Shown here in pieces: positions 1 through 10,495 of a DNA stretch of 64,000 nt. A program made the translations under genes and the position numbers. The notes under the pieces were generated by a model. The model had not been told where the DNA came from, searched no databases, and saw only the letters and a list, made by a program, of their open reading frames with translations. Position 1 is the stretch's first letter; the number at the start of each line of letters is the position of its first letter. The DNA is from Burkholderiaceae bacterium (GTDB lineage: Bacteria > Pseudomonadota > Gammaproteobacteria > Burkholderiales > Burkholderiaceae_D): the NCBI GenBank assembly GCA_036384915.1, contig DASVLJ010000042.1:33013-97012 (forward strand), given 5' to 3'.

Positions 1-210
1 CTCATAGGCCGCATCGGGTGCCTGCTATCAAACCAACAATACCGAAAAAATCCCGATGACTTATTCTCCGCAAGAAGCGGAGACGCGCCTGCGCGAAGCG
101 ATACGTGGTGCGACCGACGGCTTGGTCGGCCGGTAACACTTGACCAAATTAATGATCCTGGGCGCCGTCTCGCAAGAGCACTTGCTCGTGATCGGCACGC
201 CCGACGCGCC

Positions 211-633
211 TTGGCGCTGGCGCAACGCGACACGCTCGACCCCGGCGATTCCGACGTCATGCCGCTGCTCTACCCGCAATATGTCGAGCTGCTCAAGCTT
301 TCCTTGAAGGGGGAGGAAGAGGAGAGCGTGCTGCTGGTGCGCAAACCGGCCAAGCAGAGTGAATTCCGCGTGCCGCTCGGCGCGTTCAGGGACGTTCCCC
401 TGGCGCAGGCGCACAACGGAATGCTCGCGGTCATGACGCATGACGGCTATCGCGCCCGGTGCCGCGTAGTCGATATGGCGAGCGGAGTGCTCAGGGCCGA
501 GTTGACGCTCCTTGGCACGGAACGGCCGCTGATGCACCTCTATGAGCGGCACGTGATTTTCGGCGACGCCGCAGGGCGCCTGATCGATATCGATTGTGCC
601 AGTGGCGCGGCGCAAACTTTGGTGGTCAACTGA
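211..633 (+). CDS. hypothetical protein; start uncertain (TTG at 211, ATG candidates downstream)
   Basis: Six-frame ORF with protein-like composition; the 61..744 minus-strand ORF overlapping it looks like a GC-driven antisense artefact. No family recognised. Confidence 0.35.
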   Translation: MALAQRDTLDPGDSDVMPLLYPQYVELLKLSLKGEEEESVLLVRKPAKQSEFRVPLGAFRDVPLAQAHNGMLAVMTHDGYRARCRVVDMASGVLRAELTLLGTERPLMHLYERHVIFGDAAGRLIDIDCASGAAQTLVVN

Positions 634-903
634 GGCGGCATGTCTCCGCTTGGCCGATAGTACCGGGCGCCGCCGCACGCGCGACAATAAAGTGCAAAAA
701 CATAGCGGATTTCCTAGATCAAACAACAAGAAAATAGCCGCCAATGGTTAAGGATTGTTAAATCGAATCGTAAAATCCACAAAATAGTTGCTGTAGGCCA
801 ATTCCAATGCAAGAATGAACTTATGTTGCTGTGCGGCAATTTTAACCACGCGGTCTGGCCCCAGCAAAGGAATTCTTACGAACCACTTTACTCAGAGAAT
901 GTC

Positions 904-1248
904 ATGGCCAAGCTGATTTCCCGTACTGCTCTCCTCGCTCTTCCCTGCGCTTTTGCCGCTAATGTCGCCTTCGCCGAAAGCGCCACGATCGACACCAAGT
1001 TCCCCTGCGACAAGCCGGAATACCCGCGTGCCTCGCTGGTCAACGAAGAACAAGGCACGGTCGTGCTGGCGTTGCAGATCGGTACCGACGGCAAGGTGAT
1101 GGATTCCAAGGTGGAAAAGAGCAGCGGCTACAAGAACCTCGACAAGGCCACGATGAAGCTGGCTTCGTGCAAGTTCAAGCCCATGACCAAGGATGGCAAG
1201 GCCGAAGAAGCCTGGGCCAAGTTCGAATACAGCTGGACGCTGAGCTGA
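904..1248 (+). CDS. TonB C-terminal domain-containing periplasmic protein (signal peptide plus TonB_C)
   Basis: Starts MAKLISRTALLALPCAFAANVAFA (signal peptide). EYPRASLVNEEQGTVVLALQIGTDGKV is a typical TonB C-terminal domain. Internal ATG chosen over the longer ORF. Confidence 0.6.
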   Translation: MAKLISRTALLALPCAFAANVAFAESATIDTKFPCDKPEYPRASLVNEEQGTVVLALQIGTDGKVMDSKVEKSSGYKNLDKATMKLASCKFKPMTKDGKAEEAWAKFEYSWTLS

Positions 1249-1381
1249 CTCAGTACCCACACTCCGAAGCTGCCGCGCCAGCGGCACCCTTTACGGCGCG
1301 ACCCATGCAGGCGGGCGCGCCGTCTATTTTTATACCAAGGGCGGTCATGATCGCGTCAGGCAGGTGTGCTAGGCTGACGCG

Positions 1382-2773
1382 ATGCCTTACACCCATACCC
1401 TGGGCGGTACGGTCTACCGCTTCGACAGTCTGCGCGACTTGCTGGCCAAGGCCGGCCCCGCGCGCTCGGGCGATTTTCTGGCCGGTGTGGCGGCGCGTGA
1501 CGATACCGAGCGCGTGGCGGCGCAATGCTGCCTGGCCGAGCTGCCGCTGAAACAATTCCTGCAGGAAGCGGTCATCCCCTATGAGGACGATGAAGTCACC
1601 CGGTTGATCGTCGATAGCCACGACATGCAAGCTTTTGCGCCGGTTTCGCACCTGACCGTGGGCGGCTTGCGCGAATGGTTGTTGGGCGACGCGGCCGACG
1701 AAGCCGCGCTGGCGGCGCTGGCCCCTGGCCTGACACCTGAGATGGCGGCAGCCGTATCGAAACTGATGCGCGTGCAGGACCTGGTGCTGATAACGCAAAA
1801 GATACGTGTGGTCTCGCGCTTCCGCAATACGCTGGGCTTGCGCGGCCGGCTCGCTACGCGGCTGCAGCCGAACCATCCGACCGACGACGCGGCCGGGATC
1901 GCCGCCAGCCTGCTCGACGGCTTGTGCCTCGGCAGCGGCGATGCCGTGATCGGCATCAATCCTGCGACCGACAGCGCCGCCGCCATCCGCCGGCTGCTCG
2001 ATATGCTCGACGAAGCGATACGGCGCTTCGGCATACCCACGCAGTCCTGCGTGCTGACGCACGTTACGACCACGCTCGAGCTGATGGCGCGTGGCGCGCC
2101 GGTCGACCTGGTGTTCCAGTCGATTGCCGGCACCGAGCGCGCCAACCACAGCTTCGGCATTTCGCTCGCCTTGCTCGACGAAGCGCATGCGGCGGCGCAG
2201 TCGCTCGCGCGCGGCACCGTGGGCAACAATGCGATGTACTTCGAAACCGGCCAAGGCAGCGCGCTCTCGGCCAATGCGCATCATGGCGTGGACCAGCAGA
2301 CGTGCGAAGCGCGCGCCTACGCGGTGGCACGGCGCTATCGGCCCCTGCTGGTCAATACCGTGGTCGGTTTCATCGGGCCGGAATATCTATACAACGGCAA
2401 GCAGATTGTGCGCGCGGGCCTGGAAGACCACTTTTGCGGCAAGCTGCTCGGCCTGCCCATGGGTTGCGACATCTGCTATACCAACCACGCCGAAGCCGAC
2501 CAGGACGACATGGACGTGCTGCTAACGCTGCTGGGCACGGCCGGCGTCAACTTCATCATGGGCGTACCGGGGGCGGACGACATCATGCTCAATTACCAGT
2601 CGACCTCGTTCCATGATGCGCTCTATGCGCGCCGCGCGCTGGGCTTGCGGCCGGCGCCCGAGTTCGAGGATTGGCTGTTGCGCATGGGCTTGTTCGCCGA
2701 GCGCGATGGCCGGCTGCAAATCCAGGACGCGATGCCGAACGCCATACGGCTGGCTGCGGCGCAATTGGGGTGA
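1382..2773 (+). CDS. eutB: ethanolamine ammonia-lyase large subunit
   Basis: 463 aa, full length. Sequence [24 protein letters not shown]... is recognisably EutB. Followed directly by eutC. Confidence 0.9.
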   Translation: MPYTHTLGGTVYRFDSLRDLLAKAGPARSGDFLAGVAARDDTERVAAQCCLAELPLKQFLQEAVIPYEDDEVTRLIVDSHDMQAFAPVSHLTVGGLREWLLGDAADEAALAALAPGLTPEMAAAVSKLMRVQDLVLITQKIRVVSRFRNTLGLRGRLATRLQPNHPTDDAAGIAASLLDGLCLGSGDAVIGINPATDSAAAIRRLLDMLDEAIRRFGIPTQSCVLTHVTTTLELMARGAPVDLVFQSIAGTERANHSFGISLALLDEAHAAAQSLARGTVGNNAMYFETGQGSALSANAHHGVDQQTCEARAYAVARRYRPLLVNTVVGFIGPEYLYNGKQIVRAGLEDHFCGKLLGLPMGCDICYTNHAEADQDDMDVLLTLLGTAGVNFIMGVPGADDIMLNYQSTSFHDALYARRALGLRPAPEFEDWLLRMGLFAERDGRLQIQDAMPNAIRLAAAQLG

Positions 2774-2777
2774 GGCC

Positions 2778-3554
2778 ATGAATGACGAATTGGAAGCGCA
2801 GCAAGACGGCGTACTATGGGGCAAATTGCGCGGTCTGACTGCGGCGCGTATCGGCCTGGGCCGCGCCGGCATCAGCATGCCGACCGCACCGCAGCTTGCG
2901 TTCCAGGCAGCGCATGCGCGTGCGCGCGATGCCGTGCATTTGCCGTTCGGGCGAGATGCGCTGGCAGCGGAATTACGAGAGCGTGGATGGGACAGCATCA
3001 TGCTGGCCAGCCAGGCCGAGTCGCGCGAACAATACCTGCAACGGCCGGATCTCGGGCGGCGGCTCGACGACGTCTCCGCCGCGACGTTGCGCGCGTATGA
3101 GGCCCATAAACCGGACCTTGCCATCGTCGTGGCCGATGGATTGTCGGCACTTGCGGTGCAGCGCCAAGCCTTGCCGCTGCTGACGCACTTGCTGCCCCAG
3201 GTAACGCAAGCCGGTTGGACGCTGGCGCCGATTTGCCTCTTGCAGCAAGGCCGCGTCGCGGCCGGCGATGAAATCGGCGAATTGCTCGGTGCTGGCATGC
3301 TGGCCATATTGATCGGCGAGCGCCCCGGCCTGAGCTCGCCGGACAGTCTCGGTATCTATTTCACATACGCGCCGCGCATGGGCTTGAGCGATGCCGAGCG
3401 CAATTGCATTTCCAATGTACGCGACGAGGGGCTGGATCATGCCACGGCGGCATACCGCTTGATGTACCTGATGAACGAGGCGCGCCGGCGTGGCGTATCG
3501 GGTGTGGCGCTCAAGGATGAATCGGGTGACGTCGCCCAGAAAGTCGGGCAATAG
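2778..3554 (+). CDS. eutC: ethanolamine ammonia-lyase small subunit
   Basis: ATG at 2778, 5 nt after the eutB stop. [57 protein letters not shown] is the EutC family. The longer ORF from 2613 overlaps eutB and was rejected. Confidence 0.85.
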   Translation: MNDELEAQQDGVLWGKLRGLTAARIGLGRAGISMPTAPQLAFQAAHARARDAVHLPFGRDALAAELRERGWDSIMLASQAESREQYLQRPDLGRRLDDVSAATLRAYEAHKPDLAIVVADGLSALAVQRQALPLLTHLLPQVTQAGWTLAPICLLQQGRVAAGDEIGELLGAGMLAILIGERPGLSSPDSLGIYFTYAPRMGLSDAERNCISNVRDEGLDHATAAYRLMYLMNEARRRGVSGVALKDESGDVAQKVGQ

Positions 3555-3692
3555 CGCGATCGCGCAACCTATTGGCTCGGCATCGACTTTATCGTCTGGC
3601 CGACTTCTGCCGGGGCTGGTGGATGAAGTCGTATCCCGGAGCGACACCTGTGGCGCGCTCCAACGGTAGATTACCGGGGCGAAAAGATTTGT

Positions 3693-4220
3693 TCAACCGG
3701 CTTCCGGCGGGGGATAACGAAGTACATGAAAACCTTCCTCCTCGCCCGGTGCAGTAAAGTAGCCCGTGATATAGTCGAATTCCGCTTCGGTCATCGGTTT
3801 CGAACCCTCGGGCATCTCCCGATTTCTCTTTTGTAATTGCGTCTTGCAATGTGCGTCAGGCCTATCGACGAAATGCAAGACGTGCTCGGCTTGCGCCGCT
3901 TCGAATAGTTCACGAAACCATGCGCGTTGCCCAGGCGTATTGCCGGGAAAATCGAGGACCACGGAAATGCCCTTGCGCAGCAAATCCGTGACATGAGGCG
4001 CGACAACGGTTTTCAGGCGCGCGGCGCAACGGAAGTAATCATCAAAACTCGAGATCGAATCCAGATACAGCCGGGAGAGCCACAAGTCTTCGCAGATCAA
4101 TACGGCGCCGTGCTCGAGCGCGAGCTTCCTTGAGAGGGTGGATTTTCCCGCGGCCATCTTGCCGCACATGAGGTGCAGGGTGGCCTTGTTGCCTGATGTA
4201 TCGGGGCGGGTCATATTCAT
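3693..4220 (-). CDS. P-loop NTPase / AAA-type ATP-binding protein (predicted kinase-like)
   Basis: Walker A GKMAAGKST near the N-terminus. Start set at MNMTRPDTSGNKATLHLMCGKMAAGKST. Confidence 0.6.
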   Translation of the reverse strand: MNMTRPDTSGNKATLHLMCGKMAAGKSTLSRKLALEHGAVLICEDLWLSRLYLDSISSFDDYFRCAARLKTVVAPHVTDLLRKGISVVLDFPGNTPGQRAWFRELFEAAQAEHVLHFVDRPDAHCKTQLQKRNREMPEGSKPMTEAEFDYITGYFTAPGEEEGFHVLRYPPPEAG

Positions 4221-4688
4221 TTCTATCCTCTTTCCATTGCCAGTCAAAACCACGCAAGGCAGAAATGAAAAACCCGCCTCACGGGGCGGGTTGAATTGAC
4301 GCATGTTGCCTAGCCGTTACTCAGCCCACCATTGTTGTTCAATGATGATTGAAATTCGGACAGCGAATGTGCGCTTGAGGTTCATGACTTCAGCTTGCCT
4401 TGGCCCTCAGGAATTGTCAAGCGGCTGTGCCGACAGTTTCATGCGCGTGTCGGTGTCAGCACGTCCTTTAAAAGCACGAGTGCATTACCCACCGTCGGGC
4501 CGCTTGCATAGAAAGTCAGTTGCGGGCTGGGCGATGAAGGCAATATCGTGATGCAAGCGATCCAGCGGGCGGCTTGACCAATTACACCAACGAGTTCATC
4601 AAGGATATTGGCTTGCAAGACTCTCCACCCCGTCCTGGCCGGCTCGCTTGGGCCGGCTTTTTATTTGTGGGAGCATGAGCGATCCTGG

Positions 4689-4704
4689 CTGTATATTTAT
4701 ACAG
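4689..4704 (+). promoter_or_regulatory. LexA (SOS) box CTGTATATTTATACAG, 28 bp upstream of the VRR-NUC gene
   Basis: Perfect CTGT-N8-ACAG palindrome with an AT-rich spacer. The extended gCTGTATATTTATACAGta matches the E. coli-type LexA consensus TACTGTATATATATACAGTA. Confidence 0.6.
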
Positions 4705-4731
4705 TAAAATGACGTATCTCCTTGCTGCGCC

Positions 4732-6411
4732 ATGAACAACAACCTTGATCGCCCGTTCTACTACCTCGAGAACTTCAGTTTCGTTCTCGAGTGGGTGAGC
4801 CTGCGCTACGGCGATTTGCTCGATGCGGAAGAAGCGGCTTTCATAGCGGGGTTTGCCGCGCTGCCGGAAGCTTCTCGCGGTTTGCTGGTGCGTATGGTCA
4901 TGCGCAAGGGAGAATTGTTCCGCGCTTCGAAATTGCACTACGAGGAAATCGGCGCGATTGCACCGGCGGTGCAGCCCTTGATCGATATGGGGTGGATAGA
5001 GGCCGACCCGGAGCTGAGCTTGGAACAGCTATACGGCTTATTGACGCGCAAGGAGTTTGCCGATGCGCTAGGCCTTGGTGCCGCCAAGACGGCGCGCAAA
5101 GGCGATCTGTATGCGATGGCGGCGCAAGAGCAAAGCGCCCCGCGCAGTTTTTCGCAATGGTGTGCCGACCTGGCCGACACCGCTTATGAAATCCGCATTG
5201 GCGCCATATGCGACCGTATGCGCTTGATGTTCTTCGGTAACTTGCACCAGGATTGGTCTGAATTCATCCTGTCCGACCTTGGCGTTTACGCTTACGAAAA
5301 GATCGAATTCTCTGCCGACTCGCGCGCCTTTGCCGCACGGGCCGATATCGATTGCTATCTGCATATCGAGGCTTGCCGGGAATTGTTCCATTCCGGCTCT
5401 GAAGGCGAAGATACAGACGGCGAATTGGCCCGCCTGGAGCAGGTTGAGCACGATGTCATGGCGATTGCCGAAACCAATCCCTGGCTCGGCGAGCGCCGTG
5501 CGCGCTTGCTGTTTCAATTGGGGCAGCGGCTGGAACAACTCGAAGCGCATGAGCAGGCTTTGCGCGTCTATGAGGCAAGCGGATATTCCGGCGCCCGCCT
5601 GCGCCGCATCCGGGTGCTGGAAAAGAGCGCGCAATTTGCTGCCGCCATGAGCCTGGCGCGCGAGGCGCAAGCGGCACCCGAAAGCGCGGCGGAAACGCAA
5701 GGGCTGGAGCGCATGCTGCCGCGCCTGGCACGCAAGCTTGCCTTGCCACGCGAAACGGCCAGGCGCTTGCGCGCCGCCGATCGTATCGACCTCGTTTTGC
5801 CGGCGCCGACCGAAGACTACTACGTCGAAGAAGTCGCACGCGCACATCTCGCTGGAGCCGAACCACGGGCGCGCGTGTTCTATGTCGAGAACGCCTTGAT
5901 CAATTCGCTGTTCGGCTTGTTGTGCTGGGACGCGGTGTTCCACAACCTGCCCGGCGCCTTCTTCCACCCGTTCCAGAGCGGACCGTCCGATTTGCACAGC
6001 GCCGATTTCCGCAAGCGGCGCGCGGCGCAATTCGAGGCCTGCCTGAAGCAACTCGAAGACGGCAGCTACCGCGATGCAATCCGCGCCAATTTTCTGCGCA
6101 AGGCGGGCCTGCAGTCTCCGTTCGTGTATTGGCAGGTCCTCGACGAAGGCTTGCTCGAACTCGCCCTGGCTTGCATACCGGCGCAACATTTGGCGCGCTG
6201 GTTCGAGCGTATCCTGCAAGACATCGCCGCCAACCGCACCGGCTTTCCCGACCTGATCCAGTTCTGGCCCGAAGAGAAACGTTACCGCATGGTGGAGATC
6301 AAGGGGCCAGGCGACAGGCTGCAAGACAACCAGATCCGCCTGATCGATTTCGCGCTCTCGCACGGCATGCCCCTGGCCGTATGCCATGTGGCTTGGGAGG
6401 GCGAGGCGTGA
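4732..6411 (+). CDS. FAN1-like nuclease with C-terminal VRR-NUC domain
   Basis: 559 aa. The C-terminus VEIKGPGDRLQDNQIRLIDFALSHGMPLAVCHV is a VRR-NUC (PD-(D/E)XK) motif. The long N-terminal region and the adjacent helicase match the bacterial FAN1 architecture. Confidence 0.75.
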   Translation: MNNNLDRPFYYLENFSFVLEWVSLRYGDLLDAEEAAFIAGFAALPEASRGLLVRMVMRKGELFRASKLHYEEIGAIAPAVQPLIDMGWIEADPELSLEQLYGLLTRKEFADALGLGAAKTARKGDLYAMAAQEQSAPRSFSQWCADLADTAYEIRIGAICDRMRLMFFGNLHQDWSEFILSDLGVYAYEKIEFSADSRAFAARADIDCYLHIEACRELFHSGSEGEDTDGELARLEQVEHDVMAIAETNPWLGERRARLLFQLGQRLEQLEAHEQALRVYEASGYSGARLRRIRVLEKSAQFAAAMSLAREAQAAPESAAETQGLERMLPRLARKLALPRETARRLRAADRIDLVLPAPTEDYYVEEVARAHLAGAEPRARVFYVENALINSLFGLLCWDAVFHNLPGAFFHPFQSGPSDLHSADFRKRRAAQFEACLKQLEDGSYRDAIRANFLRKAGLQSPFVYWQVLDEGLLELALACIPAQHLARWFERILQDIAANRTGFPDLIQFWPEEKRYRMVEIKGPGDRLQDNQIRLIDFALSHGMPLAVCHVAWEGEA

Positions 6412-8648
6412 ACTACACCGTCGCCGTGCGCGCGTTGTGCGAATTTACCGCCAAGTGCGGCGACCTCGATCTGCGCTTCACACCGGCGCCGAGCGCGCAG
6501 GAAGGCATTGCCGGCCATGCGACCGTACGCGGCCGGCGCGGCGCCGGATACAAGGCGGAAGTCAGCCTTGAAGGCGAATACGGCCCTTTGCGCGTACGCG
6601 GCCGCGCCGATGGTTTCGATGCCAAGAAAAACCGGGTCGAGGAAATCAAGACCTATCGCGGCAGCCTGGAGCGCATGCCGGACAATCACCGGCAATTGCA
6701 TTGGGCGCAAGCGAAAATCTACGGCTGGCTGCTGTGCCAAAAATTGGACCTCGATGCGATCGAGGTGGCGCTGGTCTACTTCGATATCGGCGAGCAAACC
6801 GAGACGGTGCTGTGCGAGCGCCACGAAGCGGCGACACTGAGGCAATTCTTCGAGCAAAGCTGCGAACGCTTCCTGGCCTGGGCCGAGCAGGAAATGGCGC
6901 ACCGTGCGGAACTCGATACTGTATTGCGCGAACTCGGGTTTCCCTACCCGGAATTTCGCACCGGCCAGCGCGAATTGGCCGAGGCCGCATACAAGGCGGC
7001 AGCGGTAGGCTGTGCTGTGATGATGCAAGCACCCACCGGCATAGGCAAGACCGTGGGCACGCTGTTTCCCTTGCTCAAGGCGAAAGAGGCGAAGCAGCTC
7101 GACAAGATTTTTTATCTCGCGGCCAAGACTTCGGGCCGGCAACTGGCACTCGATGCGCTCGACCTGATCGCAGGCGGCAAACCGTTGCGCGTATTGGAGC
7201 TCGTGGCGCGCGACAAGGCTTGCGAACATCCGGATAAAGCTTGCCATGGCGATTCCTGTCCGCTCGCGCGCGGCTTTTACGACCGTTTGCCGGCGGCGCG
7301 CGGCGCCATGCTCCAGGAGCCACGCTTCGACAAGGCGGCGTTGCGCCGCGTCGCGCTCGAACACGAAGTGTGCCCCTACTACCTGGGCCAGGAAATGGCA
7401 CGCTGGGCCGATGTAACGGTGGGCGACTACAACTATTACTTCGACATCAGCGCCATGCTGCACGGCATGACCATGCTGCACCAGTGGCGCGTGGCCGTGC
7501 TGGTCGACGAGGCGCACAACCTGGTGGAGCGCGGACGCAAGATGTATTCCGCCGAATTGCATCAAGCTGACCTCAAGGCCTTGCGCGCCGCGGCGCCCGC
7601 CGAAGTGAAAGGTGCGCTCGACCGCGTGAACCGGCAATGGAATGCGCTGACCAAGGAGCAGGAAGCCGAATACCAGGTTTACCCGGCCATTCCAGATAAG
7701 TTTCTCGAAGCGCTGGAGCAGGCAAACGGCGCGATGGCGGATTATCTCGTAGCGCATGCCGACGGCATAAATGCCGAGCTGCAGCGCTTCTATTTCGACA
7801 TCGGCTTGTTTGTACGTCTGGCCGAAGCTTTTGGCGAGCACACTTTGTTCGATGTGGAAAAACCGAACAAGCATGACATCGTGCTCAACCTGCGCAACAT
7901 CGTGCCTGCGCCCTTCCTCAAGCCGCGTTTTGCTGCCGCGCATGCCAGCGTGCTGTTTTCCGCCACGCTTGCACCCTGGCAATTCTATGGCGACATGCTC
8001 GGCTTGCCGGAGGAGACGCCCTGGATAGACGTGGCTTCTCCGTTTCGCGCCGAGCAACTGGCGGTGTCGATAGAAAGGCGCATTTCGACACGCTGGCGCG
8101 ACCGCGATGCGTCGCTGGCGCCGATCGCCGATTTGATCGCGCGCCACTACAAGGGGGTACCGGGAAATTATCTCGCTTTCTTCAGCAGCTTCGATTACCT
8201 GCAGCGCGCGGCCGATCTGCTCGAATCCATCCATCCCGATTTGCCCATATGGCGCCAATCGCGCGATATGGATGAAGCGGCCAAGCAGGCCTTCCTCGCT
8301 CGCTTCACGTCGGGCGGGCGCGGCATCGGCTTCGCTGTCTTGGGAGGCGCTTTCGGCGAAGGCATAGATTTGCCCGGCGACCGCTTGATCGGCGCCTTCA
8401 TCGCCACGCTCGGCTTGCCGCAATTCAATGCGGTCAATGAGCAAATCAGGGAACGCATGCAAGAGATGTTCGGCGCCGGCTATGAATATGCCTACCTTTA
8501 TCCGGGCTTGCAAAAGGTGGTGCAGGCGGCCGGCCGCGTCATCCGCACCACGAGCGACCGCGGTACCGTGACCTTGATCGACGACCGCTTTGCCGCGCCG
8601 CAGGTGCGCGGGCTGTTGCCGGGTTGGTGGGACGTTGGAGTCGTCTGA
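6408..8648 (+). CDS. Cas4/RecB-like PD-(D/E)XK nuclease fused to an XPD/DinG-family (Rad3-like) Fe-S DNA helicase
   Basis: GTG start overlaps the VRR-NUC stop (GTGA, 4-nt overlap). N-terminus has GRADGFD...VEEIK (D..E.K nuclease motif). Walker A APTGIGKT and DEAH box VLVDEAHNL are present. Fe-S motif CEHPDKACHGDSC is typical of the XPD family. Confidence 0.8.
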   Translation: MNYTVAVRALCEFTAKCGDLDLRFTPAPSAQEGIAGHATVRGRRGAGYKAEVSLEGEYGPLRVRGRADGFDAKKNRVEEIKTYRGSLERMPDNHRQLHWAQAKIYGWLLCQKLDLDAIEVALVYFDIGEQTETVLCERHEAATLRQFFEQSCERFLAWAEQEMAHRAELDTVLRELGFPYPEFRTGQRELAEAAYKAAAVGCAVMMQAPTGIGKTVGTLFPLLKAKEAKQLDKIFYLAAKTSGRQLALDALDLIAGGKPLRVLELVARDKACEHPDKACHGDSCPLARGFYDRLPAARGAMLQEPRFDKAALRRVALEHEVCPYYLGQEMARWADVTVGDYNYYFDISAMLHGMTMLHQWRVAVLVDEAHNLVERGRKMYSAELHQADLKALRAAAPAEVKGALDRVNRQWNALTKEQEAEYQVYPAIPDKFLEALEQANGAMADYLVAHADGINAELQRFYFDIGLFVRLAEAFGEHTLFDVEKPNKHDIVLNLRNIVPAPFLKPRFAAAHASVLFSATLAPWQFYGDMLGLPEETPWIDVASPFRAEQLAVSIERRISTRWRDRDASLAPIADLIARHYKGVPGNYLAFFSSFDYLQRAADLLESIHPDLPIWRQSRDMDEAAKQAFLARFTSGGRGIGFAVLGGAFGEGIDLPGDRLIGAFIATLGLPQFNAVNEQIRERMQEMFGAGYEYAYLYPGLQKVVQAAGRVIRTTSDRGTVTLIDDRFAAPQVRGLLPGWWDVGVV
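8467..8630. repeat. Direct repeat copy 1 (164 bp, within the helicase 3' end), about 98% identical to 11349..11512
   Basis: Compared by eye. tgttcggcgccggctatgaata...ttgccgggttggtgg recurs 2882 bp downstream with about 3 mismatches. Confidence 0.9.
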
Positions 8649-8817
8649 CTTGGAACCGTCACTCGAAAGCAACGAAAATGCCTCGACCAAGATTTTCTGT
8701 CAGAATTGCGTCCGACCGAAGCGGCGAAGCTCTCCAAAAGTTATCGATTATTCTTGGCATTCGAGATCGAATGTGCGACTCTTAACGGAGCATGCTGCGT
8801 GTTTGTATTCGTTCAAA

Positions 8818-9228
8818 ATGGATCGTTTGACAGTCGAAAGACGAAGTTGGCTAATGGGGCGGGTTGGTTCGAAGAATACAACCCCGGAGCTTGCAGTGCG
8901 CCGGTTGGTTTTTTCGATGGGCTATCGCTATCGATTGCATGATATTCGACTTCCCGGCAAGCCGGATTTGGTTTTTTCGGGGCGACGGAAAGTCATTTTT
9001 GTCAACGGATGTTTTTGGCATGGTCATAAACGATGTCGCTATGCTCGATTACCCAAAACAAATGTGGATTTTTGGCAAGAGAAGATCGAACGCAATCGCG
9101 CAAGAGATCGAAAAAACAAAGCGCAACTGACTCGATTGGGATGGGGCGTACTTGTTGTTTGGCAGTGCGAATTGCGGAACATCGAAAAATTATCGGCAAA
9201 ATTATATGACTTCTTTGAACGAGACTAA
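8818..9228 (+). CDS. vsr: very short patch repair endonuclease
   Basis: LPGKPDLVFSGRRKVIFVNGCFWHGHKRC aligns with the E. coli Vsr core (FTHGCFWHHH). 136 aa. Overlaps the methyltransferase start by 23 nt. Confidence 0.85.
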   Translation: MDRLTVERRSWLMGRVGSKNTTPELAVRRLVFSMGYRYRLHDIRLPGKPDLVFSGRRKVIFVNGCFWHGHKRCRYARLPKTNVDFWQEKIERNRARDRKNKAQLTRLGWGVLVVWQCELRNIEKLSAKLYDFFERD

Positions 9229-10495
9229 TAAGCGTCCAATTGGGATCGATCTGTTCTCCGGGGCAGGTGGTATGTCGTTGGGGTTCGAGCAAGCTGGTTT
9301 CGATATTGCAGCCGCCGTGGAGATAGATCCCATACATTGCGCGACTCACGAGTACAACTTTCCGTATTCGAAGACCATATGTGCAAGTGTGGTGAACCTG
9401 ACCGGCGCGGAAATAAGACGTCGCGCAAATTTAAAGGACGCGGACGTCGACGTTGTATTTGGAGGGGCGCCATGCCAAGGTTTTTCCATGATAGGAAAAC
9501 GCGCGCTGGACGATCCAAGAAACCAATTGGTATTCCACTATGTTCGATTAGTGAGCGAACTTAAACCGAAATACTGCGTTTTCGAAAATGTTAAGGGCCT
9601 AACTTTGGGGCAGCATGCGGCTTTTCTTCAGGAATTGATTTCCGCGCTCGAGTCGGCTGGATATGACGTGCTTATGCCTTACCGAGTCTTGAATGCGGCG
9701 AATTTTGGGGTTCCTCAGGATCGCAAAAGACTTTTCCTGGTAGGCGCGCGCCGTGGTATGGAGTCTCCTCAATATCCCAAGGAGATCGCAGAGAGGGTTA
9801 CGGTTTGGGATGCGATTGGCGATTTGCCCGATGCAGACGAATTTGTCGAATTGAACACTGTGGACGAAGTGAGAGCTTCTTGGTTAACGCAATCCAAATA
9901 TGCGAGAAGGCTAAGGCTTCTAGATGTCGACTCGACAAATTTCGGCTATAAGCGCGACTTCGATAAAGATCTCTTATCTTCTAGCTTGCGAACCGAGCAT
10001 ACTGCTTTATCGAAAAAACGTTTCTTGGAGACAGAACACGGCAAGACGGAACCAATTAGCCGCTTCCGTAAATTGCCTCCAGATGGCCTGTGCAACACTT
10101 TGCGTGCCGGCACCGATAGTGCACGAGGTGCGTTCACCTCTCCACGCCCCATTCATCCGTTTCTTCCTCGCGTCATAACCGTGCGGGAGGCTGCGAGATT
10201 GCATTCCTATCCCGATTGGTTCAGATTTCATTCGACCAAATGGCATGGTTTCCGGCAAATCGGAAATAGCGTCCCGCCGCTTCTGGCGCGAGCAATCGCT
10301 CGCGAGATTGCTCGGGCAATGGGCATCCGACCGACTAAGCCAAAAATGCGACTGCAAACCGGGGATTCGGAACTGTTGACTTTCGATATGGGCGATGCCG
10401 CAACGTACTTCAACGTTCCTCGCAACACAATTGCCCAGCGTAGTCGAAAAAGCGACCCAAACCAACCCAACTTGTGGGAAGAAAGCTATGCCTAA
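9206..10495 (+). CDS. dcm: DNA (cytosine-5)-methyltransferase
   Basis: Motif I DLFSGAGGMSLGF, motif IV GGAPCQGFS, motif VI FENVKGL, motif X QIGNSVPP. ATG at 9206 (MTSLNETNK) chosen over the upstream ORF start. Confidence 0.9.
   Translation: MTSLNETNKRPIGIDLFSGAGGMSLGFEQAGFDIAAAVEIDPIHCATHEYNFPYSKTICASVVNLTGAEIRRRANLKDADVDVVFGGAPCQGFSMIGKRALDDPRNQLVFHYVRLVSELKPKYCVFENVKGLTLGQHAAFLQELISALESAGYDVLMPYRVLNAANFGVPQDRKRLFLVGARRGMESPQYPKEIAERVTVWDAIGDLPDADEFVELNTVDEVRASWLTQSKYARRLRLLDVDSTNFGYKRDFDKDLLSSSLRTEHTALSKKRFLETEHGKTEPISRFRKLPPDGLCNTLRAGTDSARGAFTSPRPIHPFLPRVITVREAARLHSYPDWFRFHSTKWHGFRQIGNSVPPLLARAIAREIARAMGIRPTKPKMRLQTGDSELLTFDMGDAATYFNVPRNTIAQRSRKSDPNQPNLWEESYA

Noticed and set aside
61-744. 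227-aa minus-strand ORF at the window start
   Set aside because: Overlaps the more protein-like plus-strand ORF 211..633 in a high-GC region. It is Arg/Ala-rich with a low-complexity look typical of antisense artefacts. Kept only the plus-strand call, at low confidence.
1250-2284. 344-aa and 231-aa minus-strand ORFs, and plus-strand alternative-frame ORFs, inside eutB
   Set aside because: eutB is unambiguous in frame +2; the others are GC-rich shadow ORFs.
2613-3554. Extended 313-aa version of eutC starting at 2613
   Set aside because: It would overlap eutB by 160 nt. An ATG at 2778 with MNDELEAQQ matches EutC N-termini and sits 5 nt after the eutB stop.
5068-8690. Long minus-strand ORFs (439 aa and 802 aa) opposite the VRR-NUC and helicase genes
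   Set aside because: These are antisense to well-supported genes with clear catalytic motifs. Their composition is Arg/Ala/Gly-biased, typical of high-GC antisense frames.
8590-9228. 212-aa ORF starting inside the helicase 3' end and running through vsr
   Set aside because: Its N-terminal 76 codons are an out-of-frame read of the helicase and repeat. The Vsr homology begins at the internal ATG 8818.
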